NCBI RefSeq assembly: GCF_036321535.1
Contig: NC_087437.1
Span: 81,842,001 to 81,906,000 of the forward strand
Direction: 5' to 3'
From: Camelus dromedarius
Lineage: Eukaryota
DNA length: 64,000 nt
Shown here: positions 37,456-50,690 of the stretch, one piece after another
Layout of the letters: each line of letters starts with the position of its first letter
How positions within the stretch are numbered: position 1 is the first letter of the stretch
Notes under the pieces: model-generated
Database searches by the model: none
Told to the model about the DNA's origin: nothing
Seen by the model: only the letters and a program-made list of their open reading frames with translations
Position numbers and translations under genes: made by a program

Positions 37456-39326
37456 AGCTCCTAATACATTAGAAGATACTCAAGAAATGTTGGTAAATGA
37501 ATGAACAAATAAAAACCCATTTGCTCCTCAACACTGCCCTGTGATGCCTTTAATAAATTTATTCTACAGGATGAGTCTAGGCGATTAAAAAAGTCACTTT
37601 ATTACTTAGGTCACTATGAATGTTTGAGCTAAATTTGTGATTTACTTAGAACAACCATAAAGGACCAGATGGTATATATTTCTGTTTCCCACTCTGATCT
37701 CTGGCTTTATATTCCAATGACTCTGATTTCCTCCACTAATTATTTTATTCCTCCGTATTACATGTTCTTTGGAAGTGAGGTATAAATAGATTAATATGTA
37801 AAGAGAAGAATCCTTCTTAAAAACATAACACTCTAGTACCTTACTAACTTCCTCTACAACACTGAATGATTTTTTTAAAAAGCTCTCTCCATATTAACCT
37901 TTCTATCCTTGGTAAATTCTGGCAAACCCTAGGGTTTCATGGGAAAGTTAGAAAAGCAATGGCCTAACCTTTGATCTTTGTTGGTCTGCTTGTCCCTCAA
38001 AAGGGGTGCTATTCCTCGGAGGTAGTCCTAAATGAAAGAAAGACATTGGTCTGTTTGCTACCGCAGCTTATACTTGCTACTTTTCTATGATGTAGAAAAG
38101 TTAACAAGTTCCCAAAGGCTTAACTTCAAATACTAGGGTGAGAAGGTAAAAGAAACAAAAGAGGAAAGAGAACTGTCTGTTGGTAAAAGAAGCAAATTTC
38201 TACAGTTCTTTCCAGTTGAATTCAGACATCAACTTTATTTTGGCCTAACAAATTTAGGTCTGATTTTTTTTTTTTTTTTTTTGGCTATGCTCTTTTATTC
38301 TCTTTAAGACATAATCCATTTAACTTTGAAAACAGACTATTGTGTATGTGGTCACTTTCATTCCATGACAAACAAAAGTGCTTTTCAACAATTGTCCAAG
38401 TCCATATTTAAGCAATTAGTTTAGACCATCATGTCAAGCCTTATACAACACTGCACAACAGATTTTCTTTAAAGAGAAAATACAATTTAAGGAGCTGAAA
38501 GTAAATTTAACTAGGAGAAAAACCTGGGGCTAGACAGGAAATTCTGGAATCCCAGTCTTTGTCCACCTACAGAAGTTGAAAAACATAAAGCCCACCTGGA
38601 CTTGAAGGCTTCCTTCAGCAGAGGTGTCAACAGAGCGGAAAGGATTCCTGACTTGGGTTTTATTTTCCCTCTCTAAATGGCAGTCCAAAAAAGTAGTGTT
38701 AAGAATCATCTGGCACCTCTTTTGCCATGCACAGTTTCTCTCCTCACACCCCACGGTGAGATGTGTCACAATAACTCTGCACCCAGATATGGCTTCAGGG
38801 TGGCCTGCAATGGAGCTGAGCTGTCTGTGTTGGCAGCTTGCTTTGGTTAGCTGCAGCTGAAGGGAAGAGCTGGCTCTACTCTCCCTTCCTTCTCTCCACT
38901 GCCCCCACCTCCCTGTCTCTGGACTCCAAACAATTGCTTTGGACAGCTGCCACACTGGAGTGGTGGTGGCAGTGCCCAAGGCTCTGAGGGTGAGGGAAGG
39001 GGAGAAATAACAGGGGCTCTGTGACTAAAGCATAGCTAAACTCAGGGATGAATAAGTGAATTAACTTTAACTCTGCGGCTAGTTTTCCTGGTGAAACTGG
39101 GAAAATGGAAGAAGGTATGTGGTCCAGACTTGTCTGTCCCCTTCCATAACGGCTGTTAGCAAAGTCCTTGGGATCTTGTCATTTGAGAGGAGGACAGGAC
39201 AAGAACAGAGGAAGACGGTGCAAGCAAAAGTGGACTTGGACTGTGGCGAGGGGGTCCTTAGATCCCAGTTTGCCTAAGACAGTTCCGTATTATTGTGTCC
39301 CCTTTCACTCTCAAAAGCTCTGACCC

Positions 39327-39557
39327 AGTGTTTCTTAAGAGGGCAAATTTATGCTGTAAGGGGACAATTCTTCCTTTCATGAGACTGCTTTCCTCACTGT
39401 AGAAAACTTAGCAGACTTACCTTTGTCCACTAAGTGCCAGCACCACACCTCCACCCCATCATTTTTCGCCACCCTGTCATTCTGACAACCAAAAATGCTC
39501 TCCCTCTTTTCAGATGCCTTCTGGGGAGAGAAGGAAAGCCCTGACTGAGAACCATTA
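39327..39557. mobile_element. MER20B-like hAT element
   Basis: cagtgtttcttaa...acaattctt...gtccactaagtgccagcacc...tctgacaaccaaaaatgc...tgagaaccatt. A MER94-like piece precedes it (~39245-39320) and a MIR core follows. Confidence 0.6.
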
Positions 39558-40089
39558 AATGCTCTCTCAGTGAAGAAACGAGGAAGGCTAAGAGAGGTGA
39601 AATGGTTTGTTTAAGGCCATCGCTAGAAAATGGCTGAGGAATTCATTGTTTCTTGATTTTATATACTGTGTTCTTTCCAGGACAAAACTCTACTGTCCCA
39701 TGACACATACCTGCAGTTGAATCATTGTCTGTTGAGGCCCCAGCTACAGGGAAAGAATTTATATGTGGTAATGACAATGTTTCATTTGTGACCACTTACT
39801 CACGTGTAGTTAATAGCTTCATTACCCTGGCTGGTTTCAGAGGTTATTAATGATAATGGTATTTTTCAAGGAGGACCAGATACTTTAGATTTTTAAATAC
39901 ATAAAATTTAGAGCTAAGTCATAAAAGCTTTCTATAAAGCACTGTCATTTAAAAAATAAATTAAATTTAAAAAGAGATTAACAACAATTAACAACAATGG
40001 CACCAATAAATACGCTTTTGAAGAAGCTTTTCTTCAAGGAATTAAAAAAGGACATAGTAATCTCAAAAGAAGTCAATTAACACCACCTT

Positions 40090-40260
40090 ATACCCTATAT
40101 AGTTCTTATTAGTTTCACATTCTTAATAAGATTTAACCCTGATAATAACCCTAAGAGGCAGGCAGAGAAAGTATCATCCCCATTTTACCAACCAAGAAAT
40201 TGAGGCTGAGAAATTCTAGTGGCTTGAGAGGTTTGGGCCTCCAGTCAAGTATTCTTTATG
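40090..40260 (-). mobile_element. MIR
   Basis: tttaaccctgataataaccctaagaggcagg...atccccattttac...gaaattgaggctgag. Confidence 0.65.
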
Positions 40261-42063
40261 TTATATCCTACAAACTCAAGTCAGGAGCACTACTGCGAGT
40301 CATCTATTACGTTTACTTTTAAATAATTCAGCCCCTTTCTCCAGCTTTTAGGAGAAAATATTATTTTTCCTCCACATAACTACTCATAGTCACTGCAGTT
40401 GCTAACAGCAGAACTCCTGAACCATGGGATATGGGCGCACTGGTCACCTGCACACTCACCACTCACTGAGCACTTACACTGTGTTAGGCCCTGGCTACAC
40501 TGAGGCACTCAGGCTACAAAGGCTAACCAGACCTGGCCTGGCATTTGATGGGTTCAAGAACATCTTGAGAGCACCTTTAGTATTTTCCATCAGAGTTGAC
40601 TCACTTCTATTACCTTGAGCAGATAAGACCAAATGGTTCATTGTGACTAGCTGACTGTGCCCAGGCCAGGGTCTTTCCCTGCGATGCCAAAGTGACCCCT
40701 CTTTTACTGAGCCCCCGCCTTACAAAACCCCTCAACTACAACCAACTTTCACAACAACCGCAAACCCTGGGGACACAGTCTTAGTGTAGACAAGTTCTAG
40801 AAATAAACCTATGGTGCACCAGCTAGATTACTACTGCTAAACTGAAAAAAGGCTGTTTATTTGGTTTTAGTGATGACATTGAGAAGTAGATGAAGAACAA
40901 TCTGACACTTTGATCTACACTGCCAAAGGAACGATTATTCTTAATTTCTCTGTTTTTAGACACATATGAGGCAGAAGGAGGTGTGGAGTGTCCAGAACTA
41001 GGCTTTTATACAACTCTAAAGGAGCTACTGGGATCTAAACTGCTGTAATAGCCTGTTCTGAGCAGTTTCAAATATTCTAGAGATTAGATTCATAGGGTTA
41101 TCAGTGCCCTGGAGATTTGATTAGCTTGTTACTGTGAACACTAGTAACTGCGTAGATTTGGGGGAAAACCACGCTGTCACCGTGTAACAGTTCCTCACCA
41201 TTCCCTCGCCTCTCCATTCCCCCTTCTGAATGAATAAATAAACAAAGCAAGCATGTGGCGAATATGTTTCTATTTTTCCACCAAGAACGCAGATGTGACA
41301 GCTTCTTCCTCTCCTCTTCTCTCATCCTTCCCAGCTCCATTGTCCCCCCTCCCCACCAAATGACCTCATCCCTGTGCAGAAAGGACACCAGCTGCAGGGA
41401 GGGTCTGCCTCCACCAAGCGGGATCATTATCATCATTAGTAATACCAAGAAGCCCAGACAGTCTCATCCACATGTGCAGTGTGTTATAGCTCTGCGGTCT
41501 CCCCACATCTACAACTAGGCTGCTGTCTGGAAATGGAAAGGATTTGCCTTCCTAAAAATAATGTTACCAAAAGAACGTTTAGATATTTCTTAACAAATCC
41601 GTCAGTGACTGTAGCAACAATGATGAGAACCTGCCAAAATGATGAAGCTGGTGGCAGCCTCAAAAGTCATTTGGGTACAAAAGTCCCATTTAAGAAAAAT
41701 GAAGATGTGATTTTTTTCAGGGCAAAAAATGTAAAAGCTTATTTGCAAAAAGAGGGCTGCCTAGAAAATAAAAATTAGAAAAAAAATTCTAACATACTGG
41801 CACAGTAAAAGCCAATGTTATGATCTCTGATTTTACAGGCATGTCCCTATAGATTCATGCTCATTTCCCATGCATTCATTCACTTTTCTCCACTCTCCTC
41901 TCTGTCATTTAGTGCCAACTCATCCCGGAGAATGAGGTCATCAGGTTTTACCAGACATAGTAATAATGGCTATGAGTACCTACTATGACCTGGACACAGG
42001 GTTCTGTGCTAAACATATGCCTCTCAACCTCTTTGCACAGATAGAGCACGATTTCCATGCTAT

Positions 42064-42240
42064 TTTAAAAAAATTGAAGTACAGCTGATTTACAGTGTTG
42101 TGTTAGTTTCAGGTGTATAGCAAAGTGATTCATTTATATATATAAATTTTTTTTCTTTCTCCATCATAGGTTATTACAAGGTATGAATATAGTTCCCTGT
42201 GCTGTACATTGCATTCTTGTTGTCTGTCTATTTTATATAT
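42064..42240 (-). mobile_element. Cetartiodactyl-type L1 3' end
   Basis: attgaagtacagctgatttacagtgttgtgttagtttcaggtgtatagcaaagtgattca...ggttattacaag...aatatagttccctgtgct. Degenerate TSD agcacgatttccatgctat / agcattacttccatcctat. Confidence 0.85.
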
Positions 42241-42289
42241 AGCATTACTTCCATCCTATAGATGAAACAACTGTGGCTCAGAGAGGCTT

Positions 42290-43358
42290 CCTGGGCCCTC
42301 TTCTGGAAACACGCTCTCTTCCTAGGTGGATTTTGTCCATACTCGTGGCTTTAACTATCATCTATAAACTGATGACTCAGTTTATATCTCCAGCCTAGAC
42401 ATCTCTTCTGAGCTCCAAATCTGTTTTTATAACTACCTGCATGGCATTTCCATTTGGATGAACCACAAATATCTCAAATCAAACATGACCAAAACTGAAC
42501 ATGGGATCTACTCCTCCCTCCCCCATCCCACCCCACCCCAGGCTAGGCTCACTTCCAAAAGTTCTCATGTCGAGAAACAGCACCTCATGTCAGAAACTGG
42601 AAATTATCAGTGACCCTTCCTTCTGCAATGCCACCAAACCAGGGAGCCACCAAGTCTGGAAAACTCTACCTCCTAAATCTGTCTTGAATTCATTCACTTC
42701 CCCATTGACTGCCACCATCACCTGTCACCTGGAAAACATCATTAGCTTCACTGGTTTCCTTCTTGCATTCCTCTAATCCACTGTATGATGAGACAAAACA
42801 TGAGTAATTCAAACAGGAATACGATCATATTTTTCCCCCACAAAAAAGCTTTCAGTGGCTACTCAGTGCTATTAGAAAAGACCAAAACTCTTGTCAGTGT
42901 CTACAGTGGCTCCCCTACCTCTGTTATCTTTCCATTTTCCTCTCACTCACTGGCCTCTACTCTAGCTTGTCTTCTCTCATTCATCTTTTGGACCAAGTTC
43001 CTTCCTGACTCTGGATCTTGGAAAAGGTCAGCCTTCAGCCTGTGATACTCTTACACTCCCTCTTTGTTGGGCTAACTCCTACCTATTTTCTGAGCCTCAA
43101 CTTAAATATTATTTCACAAAATAGTCTTTCCTGCTCCTTTGACTCTGTTAAACTCCCCTGTGTATTTTCTTCTCTATATTTACTATGATTGAAATATTTA
43201 TTTGAATGCTTGTTTTCCTTTGGCTTCCCCAACTGAAGTACAAACTCAGTGAGGTGAAGAAAGATCATGTCTGTCTTGTAAACAACTGTATCTGTCATGC
43301 CAGGTATAATAGTGGCACATGGAAGATGCTCAATCAATATTTGTTAAATGAATAGATG
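42290..43358 (+). mobile_element. L2 (~1.07 kb 3' portion)
   Basis: ggctttaactatcatctat...tgatgactc...tatatctccagcctagac...caaacatgaccaaaactgaac; 3' end gtggcacatggaagatgctcaatcaatatttgttaaatgaat. Confidence 0.88.
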
Positions 43359-46300
43359 AGGCAAGTAACCTGCTCGAGGTCACAGGATCTGAACTAGATC
43401 TATTCTGTTCTAAAGCACATTCTCTTTAAAAATTTTACAAAGCAGAAAACAGTTGTTTACAAATTCAATATATCATAATCAGTTCCAGGAATGTAAATCT
43501 CAAAGTCCTGACTGACTGACTAAAATGGATGGATGGATGGTTAGACGGTTGAATGAATGGGGTCTGGGAGTATGATGGGATTGGGAGGAACCTGCCTTAC
43601 ATAGTATAAAAACATCATATTGGCCTGCGTAAGTAGTCATAATAGAGAAACGAGAGTGTGGATGAGAGAAAAGAGACATTAGAGATTGCTGAGCAGCTAT
43701 AAACCTGAACAAAATGAGATTTAAAACCCAAGGAAACAAATTTTTAATACAACTGAAAAGAGAAAAGATAGAATTTGAAAAGAAAAAATACAATCTTTTA
43801 TAGGGGAAGAAAACTTACTTAAGGTAGTTTTTGCATATTTCCCCTCTCCTTCCTCCTAAGTGTGTGTGTGCATGTGGAGGGTGTGGTGCAGATAAGGCAG
43901 AATGGGGTGAAAAATAAGTGGACTGTAAAAAATGCCTGGATAAAGCCTCTTTGCGCGCTGAGGACTGGGGAGTAGTTCTTTTCCATCTGAGACCTAGGAT
44001 GCTTGCGTCCATTAGTACTCTTCTAAAAACTGTCTCGGCTGGGTGGTCTGTCATTGACCTTGAGACGGAGTGAGGGGAGATGAGTACAGAAGAGTCTGAC
44101 CAGTACAAGCTAAGTCAAGCCCTTATCTCCTTGGTTCTGTTCATGCAGTCCAATTTTCTTCTTAAAAAGTGGAGGACTTCATATTTTTCCACAATGAATG
44201 TGGACTTGTTACATTTGCCCTAGTTGTCAAAGTCTGGGAACTTTGGCTTCATTCCTCTCCTTCAAAATAAGTGTTCTTCTCCACTTACTTTCTTGAACTG
44301 TCCCAGCTTCTTACAAGTTCTCAATTATTAGGAACTTTTAAAAGTTTATTTCTTATGTTGCTATGCCTCTGTGTAGATGAAATTGTAATAACAACCAGGT
44401 TATCAGCTTTTTGGCAAAGGAAAGAAAAAATAAAACACACAAAAAAAACCCATTCTCTACTTTCCCCTCATGTTCTCCATAAAAGGCAACAAAAATCTTC
44501 AGTAAATTCAGTGTCATCCAGTATGGTTGGAATTGTTCTGATTAACTATGTACTCTGGTTAGTAGTGCCTGAACCACACGAGTACCAATTTTCAAAGAAT
44601 TAAAAACACACTTAGTAGTAAAATGAGACAGGACTCTAACATCATCTCTGACGAATCACAAGGTGCACAACAATCCTGTAACACCCTGGGTCACTGCTTT
44701 GAACATTTTATTGCATGATGGTGCTTAGGGGCTGGCTAATAAAACATTAGATAATGAAGTTCACAGTGTCCATTATTGGTTGGTCACAGAGCCAACTGTA
44801 TTTGTTACTGGCTGGTTTTCTCATTAGAATACTAAAAAAATGAAGCTTCACATTGAGTTTGACATTTACCGTACTAAGTTCTACAATCAGATAATTCTGT
44901 TTGTTTTGGAGTTTGGGGGGCGTTTTCTGATTTCACTAAGTAAGTTTTTCCTTCAGTGTCACATTTTTTGCCCTTCTCAGCTCCTTTAATATGTAATTAT
45001 AAGTTAATGACAAATGTCTTGCATTTCTACTGATCTGACAATATTTTACGAAAGGATCAAGATCCTGAGCTTATGGCAAAAAAAAAAAAAAAAAAAAGGA
45101 TGCAGAAGGAGAGTTATGTTAGAGGAAAAGGAAGTGACAGAGACCGTGTAACAGAGAGTAGAGGAAGGAATGGCACATGCCCTCACAGTTCCTGAGCTGT
45201 AGACTGTGTCTTTCTATTGTCTTTCCTCTGCCACTATTTTTAAAATCAAATTGTAGCTGGGGTCAGCATACGGAGAGGCTATCATTTTGAAAGAAGAAAC
45301 AAACTGAGAGAAATCAAGGCACAAAATCAGTTATTCTTTCCCTGAAGTTTACAGTTTAAAAAGATCCCCAATAGACCTAAAACCATGCTACATATTGGCA
45401 TGAAATGCCCCATTTCACCCCAGAGCTGGGCTGTCTGTCTGCACTCATTCCCCACTCCCAAAATCCAATCCATATAACAAATTCTATTTTTTTGGTAGGG
45501 CAATTGTTGACTAATGAATCATCTTTCCTGTAATTTTTATTTTTTGTAGACTTAGTTTGGCTAGGTTCCCTGGCATTCTTGTTGAGGTATGTAATGGAAA
45601 ATTTGACCTCACACTCTTTGCTTTTTTGTAACATCACAAAACACTGATATAACACGGCTACAAAAAAGTAGCTCGGAGATGAAGGGATGCACAGAAAGAA
45701 AAAGCTCAGTGTGGAAAGGAACAAAGATACATTAAATCATCTGGAAAATAAATATTTAGCTTCATAGACATGAAGGTACATTTATCTTTAAGAACAGCTC
45801 ATTTGTTACAGCTTAGGATATCACAGTGTTTCCATCATAATTTCGCTTTTTTAAAGAGACTGTAAACCAGACATAAAAAGCCATTCTCAAAATTAACTTG
45901 GAACACAGGCAGACCATTTTGTAGATCCTTTAACTTTTTCCCAAAATGGTGATTTAGGGAGGGGCAGACAGAATAAAGGTGTCAGTAAGTGATTTCTTAC
46001 ATTTAGTCATATCTGAGTTGAAATAAAACCTTGGCAATCACCCTTCTGTGATCACATCCAACAGTCTATGGAAAGTGTAACAGGTCATACAGAGTCAACT
46101 TTGGTAACTATGAAACTTGGGATCTGGCAGTAGAGACATGCTTTAGGAAAGGTCTGTCAGCAGAATTCATAGTGGAATGAACAAAATGGTTGTTAAAACA
46201 GTCTTTTTACATTTTAAGATAATGAGACTTTACTTTTTAAAATGAGACATTTCTCTCTTCCCTAAGATAAAAGAATCATTTTTTTAAAATCATTATCCAA

Positions 46301-47689
46301 ACTCAAGAGGACACCGACTCAGCCACTGACGCTATGACCTGAGAAAATATCAACGTAACCATGATGGGGAAGAGTCCCACAGAGTTCCCAGCACCAATCT
46401 TTCAAAATGCCAACTACCATTTTGTATAGGGCATCCAATGAGGTGTTTCATGATAACAACACAGGGTGATGTGCGTACTGTCAACCCTCACAGTCCCCAC
46501 AGTTGTCAGAATGCATATACACAGCAGTTTATTAATCATCTAGATGTGCTGAAAAAAGGAAGGGAGGAAAGAGCAGTTGCAGAGAAGGCTGTACAGAGTC
46601 GCTACTTAGTTACCCAGGCTATTGGAAAATGTGCAGATGTTTCTTGAAGCTACCTAAGTTGTTTCCAAAACCACTGTCACATCTGTGTATGCTTCCCTAT
46701 AAAAATGCAGTGTGATTAACTGAAACTATATAAATAATTCTCAGTGAACAAAGCTTTAATATACTACTTATGGCCAGATGATAGTCTTTATTTGAATAAT
46801 AATGATTTTTTTTAAAGAAGAAGTTAAACAGGAAAACCATTAAGTATGTAAATAAGCAAAGAAGAGTTTCTGTCAAATTTTATATTGTTAGTGGTAACAC
46901 ATGGTTACCTATTCCAGAGACTGTCTTAGGTTCCTACTTCTCACTGACTTTGGCAGACGCAGGGGAAAAAAAGAAGTGTTCAGACAGCTTGGAGTAATTC
47001 TATTTATCCACTTATAAAATGCAGGTGGATTGATAAAGAAAGCTTTTAACTACAAAGAGAACCATTAAGGGAAAAAATTATTATGTGCCATTCAATATCC
47101 TGTTTAAGGGAAGTATGAGATCTTGGTTGAAAAAAAAGGGTGATATATTAAAACATCAACTCCATGGACGATGTTCTTCTAGATTCTTTTGGATTCCTAA
47201 AAATTTTCTAGGTCTTTTTTGGTTTCTGGCTTTCCTGAGATACTTACACTAGTCTTACACTAACTTGAAATACTTTTTACCCTTCTACTTTCCATGGGGT
47301 ATAAAACTAAATTGGCATTTTTGTACAACTCCACTGAAATCAGCTTTATATTTTTCAGCTCTTTAATAATCCTGTACTAGATGAGTCTTGTGTTCATTCA
47401 TAGGATGTACTCTTGTGACCAAGAACACTTAAGAAAAAATGATGAGTTTTTTGAGATCAAGCTAATAACTGAATCAGAATAACTCAATCAGATAAAATGC
47501 ATAATAGTTTGCATCATTACAATGAAAGACCTTGGAGTGTCTCTGTTTTTGATGAACTATCATTTTAGGAGAGCAATTTCTATAGCATTAAAACAGGGTT
47601 GAAAAGTACAATTCCCTATTTTCTTCTATAAGCATTTAAGAGTTTTTCAACAACTATTAATGCTGAAGTTAATGAATCTGTGCTCCAAC

Positions 47690-48010
47690 ACCAAACTCTT
47701 ATCTCCTTAGGCAAACAATCATGTGTGCATGTGTATCTTTTCAGAGACATTTTATACATATGCAGGTAAAAACATATGTTATATATATTCTTTCCTCTTT
47801 TTATTATATGCAAATGGTAGCATTCAATGTAGACTGTTCTGTACTGTGCTTTTTGGACTTAACCAGTATGCCTCGGAGCTCTTTCCACATCAATACATAA
47901 AGACATTTCCAGTCTTTGTTTATGGAAGCACTGTATTCCACCAGTATTAAACAGTCCTCATGTAAGTACATTTAAGTTATTTCCAATCTTCTGCCATTAC
48001 AATGTCTGCT
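47690..48010 (-). mobile_element. L1ME-like fragment
   Basis: aaatggtagcat...ctgttctgtac...ctttccacatcaatacata...catttaagttatttccaatctt. Confidence 0.6.
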
Positions 48011-48108
48011 AATTTTTAAATTAAACCCAACTACTTATAAGAAAACACATCTGACTAGTTTTGCTTGTTTCCACTTCCTACTCTAATTCTGTGTAAGTAA
48101 AAAATGGC

Positions 48109-48230
48109 AAAAAAAAAGAGAGAGAGTGAGAAAAGGAGGAAGAGGAAGAAGAGAAGGAGAAAGAGGAGGAAGGAGAGAAGAAGAAGAAAAGAAAGAGGAG
48201 GAGAAGAAAAAGAAGAAGATGAAGAAGGGG
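48109..48230. repeat. Purine-rich (GAA/GAG) low-complexity tract
   Basis: About 120 nt with only two pyrimidines. Confidence 0.9.
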
Positions 48231-48934
48231 CAAGATAGGGTCATGGCTAATTAGCTTTTGGATAATTGAATACTTTACTCTTTTTTACAATCAGTAAAGC
48301 AATATTTTCTGGATAAGCTCAAAATAATATACTCATTACTTCATTACTATTCTTATTATTCCTACTAAAGTTATATTTTAATGACAGGAAAAGAGACAAA
48401 AGGAAAAACCCAAGAAGTTCAGAGCCAGTTAGTGGAAAGAGCAGATCTAAAATCTGGCTTCACATGGTCTGAAAATTTACTTAGGTAATTGGTAGAGAGA
48501 TCTGAAGTAGAGCCTCAGTTCTGCAAAAGCCTTAATCTGTATTTTGGGGCAGATAATCATCATCATCATTTTCTTTGAAAACATGTAAGCATGTACTCAC
48601 ACACAGCTCAATGTGAGGCACTTTGCAAAGCAAGCCAGACAGATATAGCAACTCTTACCATAACAGAGCTAAAACAAATGCAGGTTTGCCTCTCTTTACA
48701 GAGGTTTGGGAAACTGTCTGTATTTATTAAACTTTTATAAATTTTATAATTTTAACACAAAAATAGCTAGTTAAATGATTTCTGTAGAAAACTGCTGGGA
48801 GAAAACATTTCATATTCTTCAGTCCATCTTTAGGTATGACTCGCAGACTTCTGTATTTTTACATGGCTTTAAAGTGAAGACAATCCTGTGTGTGTGTATA
48901 TGAATATATGTGAAGTTGCTTTGTTTAAGCATTT

Positions 48935-49879
48935 AAATTTTTTAAATTTTGAAATAACTTCAAACTTGAGAAAAAAGTTGAAAGAATATCACAAAAAAAC
49001 TCTTACATGTTCCACCCAGATTCACCAATTGTTAAATATTTGCTGCTTTTGTCTTTTATTCTCTCTTTCCATATACACATTTGTTTTTCTAAGCCATTAA
49101 GTCGCAGACATCATGTTCTTTTGCCCCTAAATATTTCAATGTGTATTTCCTAAGAACATAGATAATCACTTAATGACAGTACAATAAAAATTAGGAAACT
49201 TACATAGTCACAAATAGTATTTAATCCACAGAACTTTTTCTAATTTTACCAACTGTCCCAATAATGTTCTTGCTGCAATTTTTTTCTTAGTCCAGGATCT
49301 AATCTAGGATCACACATACATTTAGTCTTCGTATCTCTTTGGTTTTCCTTAATCTGAAATATCTCCTCAGCTTTTTTGTGTGTGTTTCAGGACACTGACA
49401 TTTTTGAAGAGTATCTTTTAATTTGGGTTTGTCTGATATTTCCTTAATATTAAATTACGTATTTTGGGGGTAAGAATATCACAGATGTCTTTCTCGATGC
49501 ATAAGAGCAAGAGGCACATGAAGTCAGTCTGTTTTATTATTGGTGATGGTAATTTTGATCAGTTGGTTAAGGTGTCATTACCAGGCCTCTCCACTCTAAA
49601 GCTAATATTTCCCATGACTATTAGTAGGTAATCTGTAGAGAGATTCTTTGAGCTATGTACTAATCTTGTTCCTCACTACCTTTTACTTTCTAGTTTTAGC
49701 ATCCATTGATACTTCTTGCCTGAATCAATGTAACTATTAATTAAAAGACAGTAATTTTCTAAGCTATCATTCACTCCATGTTTGTTAACTGGCATTCTAC
49801 TGTTTAAAAAAAAAAAAGCTTTTCCTTCTTATGCATGTAGTAGCTTTTTATTTATTGTTGCCATGAACTCACTTGTAGA
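48935..49879 (-). mobile_element. L1MC-like 3' region
   Basis: ttttgaaataacttcaaactt...cccagattcaccaattgttaa...cccctaaatatttcaatgtgtatttcctaagaaca...tccaggatctaatctaggatcac...gaggcacatga. Confidence 0.85.
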
Positions 49880-50540
49880 TTTTTTTAAAATTAAGTATAG
49901 CTGATTTAAAACAGTTAGTTTCAGGTATACAGCAAAGTGATTCAGTTATATACATATATACATATACATATACATATGTATACACACACACACATACACA
50001 CACACATATTTCAGATTATTTTCCATTACAGGTTATTACAAGATATTGAATATAGTTTCCTCTGCTACACAGTAAATACTCATTGCTCATCTATTTTATA
50101 CATAGTAGTGTGTATCTGTTAATCCCATACTCCTAATTTATGCCCCTCCACCTTTGCCCTTTTGGTAACCATAAGTTTATTTTCTATGTCTGTGAGTCTG
50201 TTTCTGTTTTGTAAATAAATTTATTTGTATTGTTTTTAGATTCCACATATAAGTGATATTATATAATATTTGTCTTTCTCTATCTGACTCACTTCACTTA
50301 GTAAGATATTCTTTAGGTCCAACCATGTTGCTGCAAATGGCAATATTTCATTCATTTCTATGGCTGAGTAATATTATATTGTGTGTGTGCGTGTGTGTAC
50401 ACACACACATCTTTGTCCATTCATCTGTTGATGGACACTTAGGTTGTTTCCACGTCTTGGCTACTGTAAGTAGTGCTGCTATGAGCATTGGGGTATATGT
50501 ATCTTTTTGAATTAGAGTTTTCATCTTTTCCAGATATATG
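49880..50540 (-). mobile_element. Cetartiodactyl-type L1 (ORF2 end plus 3'UTR), with TA/CA microsatellites
   Basis: ttagtttcaggtatacagcaaagtgattcag...ttggtaaccataagttt...agattccacatataagtgat...ccatgttgctgcaaatggca...tgttgatggacacttaggttgtttcc. Confidence 0.92.
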
Positions 50541-50690
50541 ATGTCTGGGATTTGCTTCCTAAGAATCCAGTGTGGGGAAAAAAAGGTATATGTGTAACAA
50601 AGAAGATCATGAGTTGATGACTGCTGCTGTCATGGGGGTTCTTTTTCCTCCAGTTTTCTCTATATTTAAAACTTTGCCTAATAAAGAAAC
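50541..50690 (+). mobile_element. Old L1M 3' end
   Basis: atgtctgggatttgcttc...catgagttgat...catgggggttc...tatatttaaaacttt...taataaa. Confidence 0.6.

Larger units (their letters stand above)
41960..43427 (-). mobile_element. MIR split by an L1 3' end and an L2 (three pieces)
   Basis: tgagtacctactatg...(L1)...cctatagatgaaacaactgtggctcagagagg...(L2)...gaggcaagtaacctgctcgaggtcaca. Confidence 0.6.
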
